In this document: positions 56,601 through 64,000 of the stretch, piece after piece
Numbering within the stretch: position 1 is the first letter of the stretch
How the letters are laid out: each line of letters begins with the position of its first letter
Source of the DNA: Phoronis australis
Taxonomy: Eukaryota > Animalia > Phoronida
Reading direction: 5' to 3'
NCBI GenBank assembly: GCA_002633005.1
Contig: NMRA01000730.1
Span: forward strand, 112,549-176,548
Length of the DNA: 64,000 bases
Translations under genes and position numbers: made by a program
Notes under the pieces: model-generated
The model's database searches: none
What the model was told of the DNA's origin: nothing
The model's input: only the letters and a program-made list of their open reading frames with translations

Positions 56601-59600
56601 CATAAATGTTTGATGGTGGGTAATTTTAGTAAATTTTATAAACAATCCGCACAGATTCAAAAACTGAAACAAAAATGCAACTTGCAAAAAGCTCCGACTT
56701 TTTCACTCCCTCCGATCTCCTCATCCGCATGCCCATAACACCATTTAACCACAGGTGCTCGAATGTTGATGGCTAATAACCATATATAAGAAACATATGT
56801 TTTCTTAGTAATGAATGACGTTAGTGGTGATGGAGGAACAGATAAACTCAAGCGCCTGTGCAGTCAACCACAAGAACAAAAAAAAATTACGGGTGGTTGC
56901 ATTTCAAACTTATAAAAAATTATGGGTGGTAGGCTGAAGAAATAAGTGAAAAATATGGGTGGTGGGTGCGAAAAAAAGGTGCCTTCCCCCCTCCCATACA
57001 GATTTTACTGGAACAGCCCTTAAGGGATCGGTGCTTTGATTTAGAAGCATAGGGCACGTTTCAAAAAAAAACTGACTTAGCTAAGACAAATCACAAATTT
57101 CCGTCAATTTTTAAACAAAACATAAAGTTGTGTCAAATCTGTTTCAAGAAAGAGATCTTAAGTTTGACTTACTGGATGTAAAAGTTTCAAAGTTTGGAAG
57201 TTGAGCCAAATCTTAGACTTAAGTAAAAAATGAACTTAAGTCAGTTTCTTGGAACGGACCCCTGGTCTTGGAATCATCTCCATCACATGGTGGGCACACA
57301 TCAGCACTGTTGCTCTTGTTATATATATATACCGATTCTCTGACCTTTTGCAAATACTGGCTGCTTTAGCTAAAAGTATTTTCAAGGCACTTAACATCAG
57401 CTTTTCACATGTGAATTTCTGCTTCAGGATCTCAACAGGACGTAGATTGCCGGTCAACGGTTGCCGAGCTGACGGCGCAGTTGCCTGCACACCATCGCTC
57501 CACGCTACTGCACCTGATGAACCACTTCTGTCGGCTATGCCAGCACCAGGTGGCAGCAGGCAAGACAGACCCGCCCACCAAGCTGGCTCACGTCTTTTGT
57601 CACATTTTGCTGCNNNNNNNNNNNNNNNNNNNNNNNNNNNNNNNNNNNNNNNNNNNNNNNNNNNNNNNNNNNNNNNNNNNNNNNNNNNNNNNNNNNNNNN
57701 NNNNNNNNNNNNNNNNNNNNNNNNNNNNNNNNNNNNNNNNNNNNNNNNNNNNNNNNNNNNNNNNNNNNNNNNNNNNNNNNNNNNNNNNNNNNNNNNNNNN
57801 NNNNNNNNNNNNNNNNNNNNNNNNNNNNNNNNNNNNNNNNNNNNNNNNNNNNNNNNNNNNNNNNNNNNNNNNNNNNNNNNNNNNNNNNNNNNNNNNNNNN
57901 NNNNNNNNNNNNNNNNNNNNNNNNATCATATCCACTTGGCATGATAGTGTTCATGTTAAGTATCGTTTGTCCACATAGATCTGCCACCGCGTATACGCAC
58001 AAATACGGAGCCGATTGAAAATGCCTACACAACGTTGAATAACAACAACAGCATTCTGCCAGTTGGAGGCGACGCACAGAAACTGGAGGAGGCAGAGTGG
58101 TACTGGGGAAACATCACAAGGTAAGGGTGATATCAATACAATAGGTGCGTTATTAATACAATAGGTGCATTATTAATACAATAGGTGCGTTATTAATACA
58201 ATAGAGGCGTTATCAATACAACAGAGGCGTTATCAGAACAATGTTGCAAAGCATGGCTTATGTTGGGAATTATGGGCAGTGTTGCAAGGTTTGAAAGATT
58301 ATTGCAAGTTGTGGGTAATATTGCTAGGTATGGGCCCTTTTAATTCCACTGCTGAATGAGCGTGCTTTGGTAGGCAATACAAATTTCCAAAACGGTCCCA
58401 CCACGTTTTTCTTAAAGATCCCGCCGGGCCTTTTTGTGGATGTAGAATCACTTTGACAAAGTGGATGGTAGATTGATTTGGTGCTTGAAAAAAGCACTCC
58501 GATGTACATTTAATTATAAAAGGATCAGAGACTCCGTCGTTCTTCCCTGACTGACCCAGATGCTTGATGCTCTCCACAGGGAAGAGGTCAATGATAAATT
58601 CAAGGACGCCTCAGATGGCACTTTCCTGGTGCGAAACGCTGTCTCACACGGAGACTACACTCTGACACTGAGGTAAGTGGCTGTCACTGGACCCTCACTC
58701 TTGCACACTGTTCTGTTACTGTTGACAAAAGCTCAGTTGTATTGCTACAAATGTTCAGAATTTTGCTTGAATAGATAATTAAATTTTCTTTCTTGTTTAG
58801 TTTTGTCGTCGAGCCTTGGTAAAAATGTTGTGAATAAGTCTTTTCCTGATGTTGGTATCAGAGCTTGGATCTATCTTCTTGTAAGAGGATTTCCTCTTTT
58901 TAGTTTCAATTTCCTCTTATTTGATTTCCAGTTTATCCTTTTTTCTTCTCTTATCATTATTTTTACTTTATTCTTGCAAAAACGTTTATTTCAGTTAAAC
59001 TTTACAACACAAAGAATATTGCTATCACATGAGTCTATTTGTGGAATGACTCATCACCTGGAAAATTTCCTCTTTTTTGTCATTGGCCATTCCAAGACCT
59101 GTGGTACACTATGCACAAATAAATGATGGGATACTCATTTCATCAGCACTTGTTCAGAGGCACACTATTGTAAAAATGGTCGCGCTCGTTATTTCTTTAC
59201 AGAAAAGGTGGAAGTAACAAATTGATCAAGATCTTTCAGCGAGATGGCAAGTTTGGTTTTGTCGAGCCCTACCCGTTCTCGTCAGTGATGGAACTGATCA
59301 ACCACTATCGCACACACTCCCTGGCCCAATACAACAAGACCCTGGACGTCACGCTCAAGTTCCCCATATCACGGTTCCAGCAGGTAAGACCCCGTGCAGG
59401 TCACTGCTTCCATCTTTTCCACCAGGTTTTCCTATAGCTTGGTGCATATGAAAATGTGTTCTGTTTTGTGATAGAGTCACTTCCTGATTTGGGGCAAGTC
59501 ACTTAGTTGGGTATTGTGTTTGTGTCATTTTGGTGTGTGAAATATGTTGTAGAAAATAAGCAAAGTCCATTGTTGAGAACTATTCTGTGTTTAATTGTAG

Positions 59601-62600
59601 CAGTATATTAAGTTTTCACTCGCTAAAGGTTCACTTGCAGCTGAAGTCAACATCTGAAATGACTACGTCAGTTCCCTCCCATTTTAACCGTACATGGGTG
59701 TCTCACTTTGAGACGTTGTCATTGGTCTATCTGGGCAGTGAATGACAGCTTGTCTATTTGGCTAGGTTGATGAGGAGAATGAGAGCAGTGATATGCTATG
59801 GACCAAGCTACAGACCATTAACCTGAGTTACCTGAAGAAAACCCTGGACTACGACAAGCTGTATGAAGACCACTCTCAGATGTCGCAGGTGAGTTTCTCG
59901 CTGTTAGGACATTTACATGCTGTGTCTTTTGAAGTACAGTACAATCCAAAATTGGTCTGGCAAAATGACTTGAAATTCTTTGTCGTGGCGACTGGGCGGT
60001 TATCGTCGGAGTAATTTTCCCTCATGACCGAGAATGAAGGGGAATCAACAGGAAAGTTGGCAAGTCATGTTGTAATTTGTCATTACCAATCATTTTGCTG
60101 TGAACAGAATTAGGTGTTATGGCATTTTGTCTGATTACTTTTGGCTTCTACCGTACCGAAGTTGTTGCTGGCGCACCAAAAATGAACCTCTGACGTGAGA
60201 TTGACTTGTGTCGGTTGAGCCTTTAGTACTGTTCATCTCACCTTGCGTTCACCTCATTTGTCGTTCGGCTCACCTGTTGTTACTGTCCCCGGCAGGAGAT
60301 TCAACTGAAGCATCAAGCTCTTGAGGCCTTCCAGGAGACAGTGCACGTGTTCGAGGAGCAGATGAAACTACATGAGCAGTTCAAGACACAGGCGGCCAGT
60401 GGTGAGATGATTAAGTAAGTACCGTTATTGCTGCTAGTTATTTCCATCTTGAGTTCTTCGATTGTCTCGTTTGTTTACGTGCAGGTTGAATTATGGCAGG
60501 TTGGCAGCGCAATACTTAAGAAATGAGGTTAAACATGAAATAGGTAACCACAGGCTCAACAGTTTATCAGTAAAGTATATACATGCATAGAATAAGTCAG
60601 GGCTTGGAATTTTCCGCGGAAACGCGGATTTCCGCTTTTTTCAAATGTGCTTTCCGCTTTTTTTATAATATTTCCGCTTAAAAAATCGGATTTGATATAA
60701 AATTTCCGCGGCAAATGCCTTTCTTACCGCGGCGTTGCAGATGACGTTCACCTCGAAAAACGGAAGTTGCTCTTTATGTTTCGGAGGAACGTAAAATGTC
60801 AACATTGCCGGGGCATCTGGGACAGCGTGGTGGGATTTTCAATGGCGTCTCGTGTTATTGGGAGGCGCGGCGACAAATACTACGGCTCTGCAGCCAAAAA
60901 TGTGTTGGTTGGGAGGGGACGGGCGAGCTAAAAGGACGCAGACACATGCTACTGATGGTGGTAACTTTTTTTTTTTAGTCCTCCCGATTTTTGTCGCGGA
61001 AAGGTTCACATTGACCATTTCAAGGCTGGTTATTTGGGCCGTAAAAGTTTCAAAGTTTCCGCGTTTTTTGTCATTGGTCATTCCAAGCCCTGATAAGTAA
61101 ACGCAGGTATGACTGACACAGTTTATGAGTGAAATGTACTAACACACCAAATAGGTAACCACAAGTAGGCAACGTATGAGTAAACAATTACAAAATAGGT
61201 AGAATGTCTGTCTAGTGATTCAGGTTTCACTGGTGTCTATGTCTATAAAGGATTTATGATAAGATTGTGACTTTGAGCTATGCAACATTAAGATTATTTG
61301 ACTTTGGATCAGTGTCATTCTCACATACATGTTAGCATATATGGTATCATCCAGTAGGTGGGGCTGTGGTTGTTATACGCTAGGACGTTAGTGTCGCTGG
61401 AGGGCTACAGTGTTTACGATGTTTACAGTCATTTAAACTTAAATCTTCAGAGATGAGACAGGCACTTGATATTACAGTTAATTACCCAACCACATCATCT
61501 CGCTAAGGCGAAATGTCCAACTCTGCAGTTATTTTGCTAACATGACACAATTGCGGTTCCTAACTAAGTTAGACTAAAAATCTTGAATAAGACGCTTCTG
61601 ACCAGGATTCAGGTTTTGTATCAACTAGCCGCCATTTTGTAGTTATTATTGTATGCAATAGTAACATGAATGCGATCATGATATGCGCCATCGTTTCGTT
61701 TGCTTTAATGCCGTGATATGATGCAACACGTGCTCGCACTCCCTCTAGTATCATGTCCACTTTGCCCGGTAGGCTGCATGAAAACTACACGCTTCTGACG
61801 CAGCGACTGGATGGCATCATGGAGAGTAAAAGTCAGTTGGAGAATGACCTACAGCAACAGATGGCCGAGAACAGGAAGACCATTGCCATCATGAACAGCC
61901 TGAAGCCGGAGATTAAGTCTCACTTCAGGGCCAGGGAGAACTATATCAAGTGAGTCCTGCCGTCATATCAATACGTTGAAATCTTTCCAATTTCAGAACG
62001 AAATATTCTTATCTGAAATTTTTTTCATTTTTCAGCACAGTTTTTCCAAGTATTGTTGAGTGACAGCTATGATACAGAAGTTGAATAGATTAACAAGCTT
62101 ATTGTGTGCAAGAATACGTTCTATGAATTTTTAAATAACGTAGAAAATAAATCCGAAACTAAAAGAGGCAATCCAGATCCTCTAAAGGATACACTTGTGT
62201 GTCGAAAAGTAGAATAAATATATGTAAATAAAACAACAAAAATAGATCACTGAAATTTTCGGATATAATATCATCCTTTGTCAACAGAAACAGAAATAAA
62301 ATAAAATCAAGAACTATATAATAACTGACATCTGATATATGGCGCAATGAGCATGATACATTGTTGGGGAAAAAAGTAAAGGATATGATTAATGAATTTT
62401 TAAAAATTAAATGAAAGGCAAGGATTATTTTTAGTAATTCAACTGAGGACATTTCTAGATATTTTTATTATTTTTAGATCTTTAATGGATCGCGGCGAAC
62501 AACGGGCGAGAATAGACAAAGTGCTAGAAGAGATGGAGAAATCTGGAGATCTCTCAGACGACAGCAGTGCAATTTACGTCAGGTGAGGCTTTCACGAGTG

Positions 62601-63169
62601 TTCCTTGAAGTTGGTCTGGCTGAATGATTTGGTCCCAGGAATTAATGAGTGGCTGTTAATGCTTCCAACCAGGACCAATAATTTGCTAGTCATAGCGAGT
62701 TAATTTCAATTTCAGTTTAAACGAAGGACAAAAATATCGCTTGGAAACAGAAACATATGCCTGTGTAGAAAGTCGATGTTTTTAGCACTGGAATGTGGTT
62801 CATAGAGGGCCTTAGTTATTTTTTCGTCTAGAGAGACTTGTTCCGACTGCGGTATGACGAGACGTCTCTCTGCTTGGTGGTGTGTACCTCTGAGCCATGG
62901 GACTAAATACTAAATCTTTTTGTGAATAAATATAGTCCTGTCTATGCTGATATACTCTGTTTCCTAGCTTCTTACATTCCTGATGTTGATGTATTTAGTA
63001 GGGGCAATGCTGTGCAGAGCATGGAGATGCCTATCCCGCACTATGACACGAATTCCTGGTTTGTCAACTGCACGCGCCAAGCGGCCGAACAAATGCTACA
63101 CGACAAGCAGGACGGCACGTTCCTCATACGGCCCGCGAGCAAGCCCGGTTGTTACGCCCTCTCTGTTAA
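17282..63169 (+). CDS. PIK3R1-like: Class IA PI3K regulatory subunit (p85-like), multi-exon, 3'-incomplete: SH3-C1-SAM-C1-RhoGAP-nSH2-iSH2-cSH2
   Basis: 19 GT-AG exons with compatible phases. p85 hallmark motifs: [49 protein letters not shown]...GCYALSV. Probably co-orthologous to vertebrate PIK3R1/2/3. Confidence 0.96.
20383..20892 (+). mobile_element. Non-autonomous DNA transposon, PIF/Harbinger-like, copy B
   Basis: TTA|GGGCTTTTCATA...TGTGAAAGGGTC, with many GTTAAC/GTCGAC internal palindromes. Homologous to 13963-14353. Confidence 0.65.
21623..22268 (-). mobile_element. 5'-truncated RTE-clade LINE, decayed 3' end
   Basis: The minus strand reads [33 protein letters not shown], then [37 protein letters not shown] (typical RTE post-RT region), then a remnant C-terminal Cys/His motif and a short (CTA)n-like tail. 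Contains frameshifts. Confidence 0.9.
27552..27633 (-). mobile_element. 3' end of an L2/CR1-type LINE or LINE-dependent SINE
   Basis: The minus strand has the stem-loop CAGGGCCCTCTTGGAAAGCAGTG...TTGAAGAGGCCACCCTC followed by an (AAAT)n tail. Confidence 0.55.
28291..28425 (+). repeat. 19-bp tandem repeat (GGACAGTCTCTAAACTTTG), 4 or more copies plus degenerate units
   Basis: Direct reading. Related in reverse complement to 46703-46787. Confidence 0.85.
28915..28947. repeat. (TTA)11 microsatellite
   Basis: Direct reading. Confidence 0.97.
29563..29625 (+). CDS. PIK3R1-like: Coding exon 2 (63 nt): N-terminal part of C1 domain a
   Basis: cttctgttgcag|...|gtaagt, phase 1-1. Encodes (A)[20 protein letters not shown](C), supplying C1 His1, Pro11 and Cys14. 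Confidence 0.88.
30034..32459. mobile_element. 2.4-kb non-autonomous Tc1/mariner-superfamily element (CCGTA termini, Tc2/pogo-like)
   Basis: Perfect 24-bp TIR CCGTAATCGTTCGGGTTAACGCCC (30034-30057 and 32436-32459), TA on both sides, subterminal TGGGCG(G/C)TTAA arrays. No transposase ORF. Confidence 0.93.
32565..33010. repeat. Long (AAT)n microsatellite with AAC/AGT interruptions
   Basis: Direct reading. Source of the poly-L and poly-Y/C ORFs. Confidence 0.98.
34583..34828. repeat. 16-bp minisatellite (TTGTGTGTGGTTCTGT), about 15 copies
   Basis: Direct reading. The ORFs show a 16-aa period, equal to three units. Confidence 0.95.
39793..40040 (+). mobile_element. Tc1/mariner-like MITE, copy 1
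   Basis: TA|CAGTACTAGCCAAAAGTATTCAGACAAAAT ... ATTTTGTCTGATAACTTTTGTCTTGTACTG|TA. The interior GAGAATGAAG..GA....ACAGGAAAGTT is shared with copies 2 and 3. Confidence 0.85.
44007..44119. repeat. 21-bp minisatellite (GTGCGTATGGAATAGTGCGGG), about 5.4 copies
   Basis: Direct reading. Confidence 0.95.
45891..45938 (+). CDS. PIK3R1-like: Coding exon 3 (48-nt microexon): middle of C1 domain a
   Basis: tttcgttcag|...|gtaaga, phase 1-1. Encodes (C)[15 protein letters not shown](V). The T from the previous exon plus GT forms the Cys17 codon. Confidence 0.88.
46703..46787 (-). repeat. 19-bp tandem repeat (CCCAAATTTTAGTGATTGT), about 4.5 copies
   Basis: Direct reading. The last unit CAAATTTTAGAGACCGTCC resembles the reverse complement of the 28291 unit. 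Confidence 0.9.
49295..49395 (+). CDS. PIK3R1-like: Coding exon 4: C-terminal part of C1 domain a plus linker
   Basis: ctttccag|...|gtgagt, phase 1-0. Encodes (V)[33 protein letters not shown]. Confidence 0.9.
50636..50692. repeat. Perfect 28-bp inverted repeat with 1-nt spacer
   Basis: TGCTAAGTCTTATTGGATTTCTGCATTT-C-AAATGCAGAAATCCAATAAGACTTAGCA. Confidence 0.97.
50700..50783 (+). mobile_element. Degenerate tRNA-derived sequence (SINE head or tRNA pseudogene)
   Basis: A-box-like TGGCTCGGGCTAGAGC and B-box-like GGTTTGAGTC at tRNA spacing, with GAAGGTCCTGGGTT between them. Stems are imperfect. Confidence 0.6.
50915..51049 (+). CDS. PIK3R1-like: Coding exon 5: SAM domain, N-terminal part
   Basis: ctccag|...|gtacgt, phase 0-0. 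[45 protein letters not shown] fits the SAM pattern W..V..W...L..Y...F....I.G..L..L....L. Confidence 0.93.
51931..52011 (+). CDS. PIK3R1-like: Coding exon 6: SAM domain C-terminal helix
   Basis: attacag|...|gtgagt, phase 0-0. [27 protein letters not shown] carries the SAM I...HR..IL..I pattern. Confidence 0.9.
52057..52290. repeat. Tandem repeat of about 59 bp, about 4 copies
   Basis: Unit TTATTTAAACCAAGTGATGTCTAGAAGTATTGGGGTGACCAAAAGGGTTGCAGCAAGTC. Confidence 0.92.
52501..52669 (+). CDS. PIK3R1-like: Coding exon 7: linker plus N-terminal part of C1 domain b
   Basis: attacag|CAG... (NAGNAG acceptor), donor GAAG|gtgaat, phase 0-1. Encodes ...[32 protein letters not shown]. Confidence 0.92.
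53633..53731 (+). CDS. PIK3R1-like: Coding exon 8: C-terminal part of C1 domain b
   Basis: tttccag|...|gtaagt, phase 1-1. Encodes (V)[32 protein letters not shown]. Confidence 0.93.
53783..53916. repeat. 45-bp tandem repeat, about 3 copies
   Basis: Unit GCACGTACAAGTAYTCGTTTGYCATGCCTTTGGAATCATATGAAC. The third copy has a 5-nt deletion. Confidence 0.93.
54132..54292. repeat. 54-bp tandem repeat, 3 copies
   Basis: Unit CCACCTTACCAACTGTCCTGTTATCTTCTCTTCATTCTCTGTCATGAGGCAAAA. Confidence 0.95.
54754..54864 (+). CDS. PIK3R1-like: Coding exon 9: RhoGAP/BH domain start
   Basis: ctatttag|...|gtatgt, phase 1-1. (S)[36 protein letters not shown] matches the RhoGAP VFG..L...P..V..C...IE.RG pattern. Confidence 0.93.
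55416..55622 (+). mobile_element. Tc1/mariner-like MITE, copy 2 (more decayed)
   Basis: TACAAGCCAAAAGCATTCAGACAAAATGACCC ... ATTTTGTCTCCTTACTTTTGTTCTTTAC. Confidence 0.75.
55650..55865 (+). CDS. PIK3R1-like: Coding exon 10: RhoGAP core
   Basis: cttcctcag|...|gtacgt, phase 1-1. Contains DIYRISS (arginine-finger position) and [18 protein letters not shown]. Confidence 0.94.
56452..57019. mobile_element. 568-bp PIF/Harbinger (Tourist-like) MITE
   Basis: TIR of about 40 bp, GGGCTGTTCCAGYAAAATCTGTRTGGGAGGGGG, with TTA on both flanks (56449-56451 and 57020-57022). Internal ATGGGTGGT motifs repeat near both ends. Confidence 0.92.
57052..57262. mobile_element. About 210-bp MITE (Harbinger-like termini)
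   Basis: Imperfect TIRs GGGCACGTTTCAAAAAAAAACTGACTTAG and CTTAAGTCAGTTTCTTGGAACGGACCCC. Confidence 0.65.
57428..57613 (+). CDS. PIK3R1-like: Coding exon 11 (partial, runs into assembly gap): RhoGAP C-terminal part
   Basis: ctgcttcag| phase 1. Encodes (R)[61 protein letters not shown], then Ns. Confidence 0.9.
57614..57924. other. Assembly gap (311 N)
   Basis: Run of N. It hides the end of the RhoGAP domain and at least one splice donor. Confidence 0.99.
57979..58120 (+). CDS. PIK3R1-like: Coding exon: linker plus start of nSH2
   Basis: ccacatag|...|gtaagg, phase 1-2. Encodes [46 protein letters not shown](R). Confidence 0.92.
58130..58241. repeat. 20-bp minisatellite (TTATTAATACAATAGGTGCG), about 5.5 copies
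   Basis: Direct reading. Starts 10 nt after the 58120 donor. Confidence 0.92.
58580..58672 (+). CDS. PIK3R1-like: Coding exon: nSH2 (FLVR motif)
   Basis: tctccacag|...|gtaagt, phase 2-2. Encodes [30 protein letters not shown](R). Confidence 0.96.
59203..59383 (+). CDS. PIK3R1-like: Coding exon: nSH2 C-terminal half
   Basis: ttctttacag|...|gtaaga, phase 2-0. Encodes [60 protein letters not shown]. Confidence 0.97.
59766..59888 (+). CDS. PIK3R1-like: Coding exon: iSH2 helix 1 start
   Basis: ggctag|...|gtgagt, phase 0-0. Encodes [41 protein letters not shown]. Confidence 0.93.
59937..60153 (+). mobile_element. Tc1/mariner-like MITE, copy 3
   Basis: TA|CAGTACAATCCAAAATTGGTCTGGCAAAATGAC ... 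CATTTTGTCTGATTACTTTTGGCTTCTACCG|TA. Confidence 0.82.
60296..60414 (+). CDS. PIK3R1-like: Coding exon: iSH2
   Basis: ccccggcag|...|gtaagt, phase 0-2. Encodes [39 protein letters not shown](K), compare p85 [22 protein letters not shown]. Confidence 0.95.
60598..61092. mobile_element. 495-bp hAT-like MITE with a 6-bp target-site duplication
   Basis: 13-bp TIR CAGGGCTTGGAAT, flanked on both sides by ATAAGT (60592-60597 and 61093-61098). Subterminal TTTCCGC repeats. Confidence 0.88.
61773..61949 (+). CDS. PIK3R1-like: Coding exon: iSH2 helix 2
   Basis: cccggtag|...|gtgagt, phase 2-2. Encodes [26 protein letters not shown]...[19 protein letters not shown](K). Confidence 0.94.
62478..62582 (+). 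CDS. PIK3R1-like: Coding exon: iSH2 end and linker
   Basis: tttttag|...|gtgagg, phase 2-2. Encodes [34 protein letters not shown](S). Confidence 0.88.
62999..63169 (+). CDS. PIK3R1-like: Coding exon: cSH2 N-terminal half (alternative acceptor at 63002)
   Basis: tttagTAG tandem acceptor, donor AA|gtaagt, phase 2-2. Encodes [57 protein letters not shown] found no exon for the rest of cSH2 in the window. Confidence 0.92.
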
Positions 63170-64000
63170 GTAAGTGTCGAAGGATGTTGAAATACAGAAG
63201 TCTTGTCAGTGTTGCGTGGGTCTGAAGGTGTGTTTTGTTATCTGTGAACCAACGCCAGTTTACACAATCTGGATACTGCAGAAGGTTTTTGTTATAAAAT
63301 TGCAATTTAAGGTGAAAGGTTTCACTTGTCGACACGTTATTCCCAGGAGAATGAATGTCTGTGGAAGTCCCTTTCATGCACACATGTGCATGCGAGCACA
63401 CGCGCACATACACACGCGCTCATAAACACGTAGTGTATTAGTAGTAGGTTCTAAAAAGAAGATAATAAAGCCATTCTTAAAATATCTCAGGTTTCCGCTT
63501 GCACTACCCTCATTCCTCTGAAATGAGTGGTGAGTGGGTAGGTAAAATAATTTTTCTTCATGGTGTCTGGCACTCTCGTGGTTGTTACAAAATGTATGTG
63601 ATTTTGACTGCTTTAAAAAAAGTTATTTGTTTTGGAAATGGCAAAGAAAAATTGCGTTCATGTTTTACTATCATTCACGTGGGAGGAAGTGGACTTTATC
63701 TTAAGATATGCCTAAGCTTCGTGGGCAATTGCTATATTATTGCGGTAGAATTGGGTCAATTTAGGATACCTTATGTTGTCAAACAAGCATTTTGTAAAAC
63801 AAAGTAAGCCTTTTGAAAAATGGAAACATTGTAATTTTAGCATTTAGCATATTGTATTTGTGTCGATATGTGTTTGTCACGTAACCACATTGTTAGAGCA
63901 CTTGTATTGTATTTACAAACCATCATTACTATGGTCTACCCAGCTAATCAATGAGCATGCCTGCATTTTGAGAAAACCTGAAGTTCCCTGTGACTAGCTC

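Noticed and set aside
10458-58241. Tandem arrays as possible CRISPR arrays
   Set aside because: The units are head-to-tail with no unique spacers, there are no cas genes, and the context is a spliceosomal intron.
62968-62998. Acceptor ttcctag| for the cSH2 exon
   Set aside because: In phase 2 it hits TGA after four codons.
63170-64000. Final cSH2 exon
   Set aside because: The candidate acceptors near 63490 and 63941 give early stops or non-SH2 sequence, so the exon is probably beyond the window.

Overview
AT-rich, intron-rich animal genomic DNA, probably a marine invertebrate deuterostome (inferred from gene content and repeat types). The prokaryote-style ORF track is mostly noise. Almost the whole window is one + strand gene encoding a class IA PI3-kinase regulatory subunit (p85/PIK3R family). 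I reconstructed it by hand from GT-AG sites and frame continuity: a likely TATA-less promoter and non-coding exon near 1.5-1.6 kb, then 19 coding exons from ATG 17282 to 63169. One exon runs into an N-gap, and the last exon lies outside the window. The predicted protein is SH3 - Pro-rich - C1 - SAM - C1 - RhoGAP(BH) - nSH2 - iSH2 - cSH2, so it has a C1-SAM-C1 block that vertebrate p85 lacks. The first C1 domain is assembled from 63-, 48- and 101-nt exons spread over 20 kb. The introns hold several non-autonomous DNA transposons (Tc1/mariner-, PIF/Harbinger- and hAT-like), an RTE-LINE 3' fragment, a tRNA-derived SINE-like head next to a perfect palindrome, and many mini- and microsatellites. 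I see no CRISPR, rRNA or functional tRNA. Human p85alpha residue numbers are quoted from memory and need alignment to confirm.
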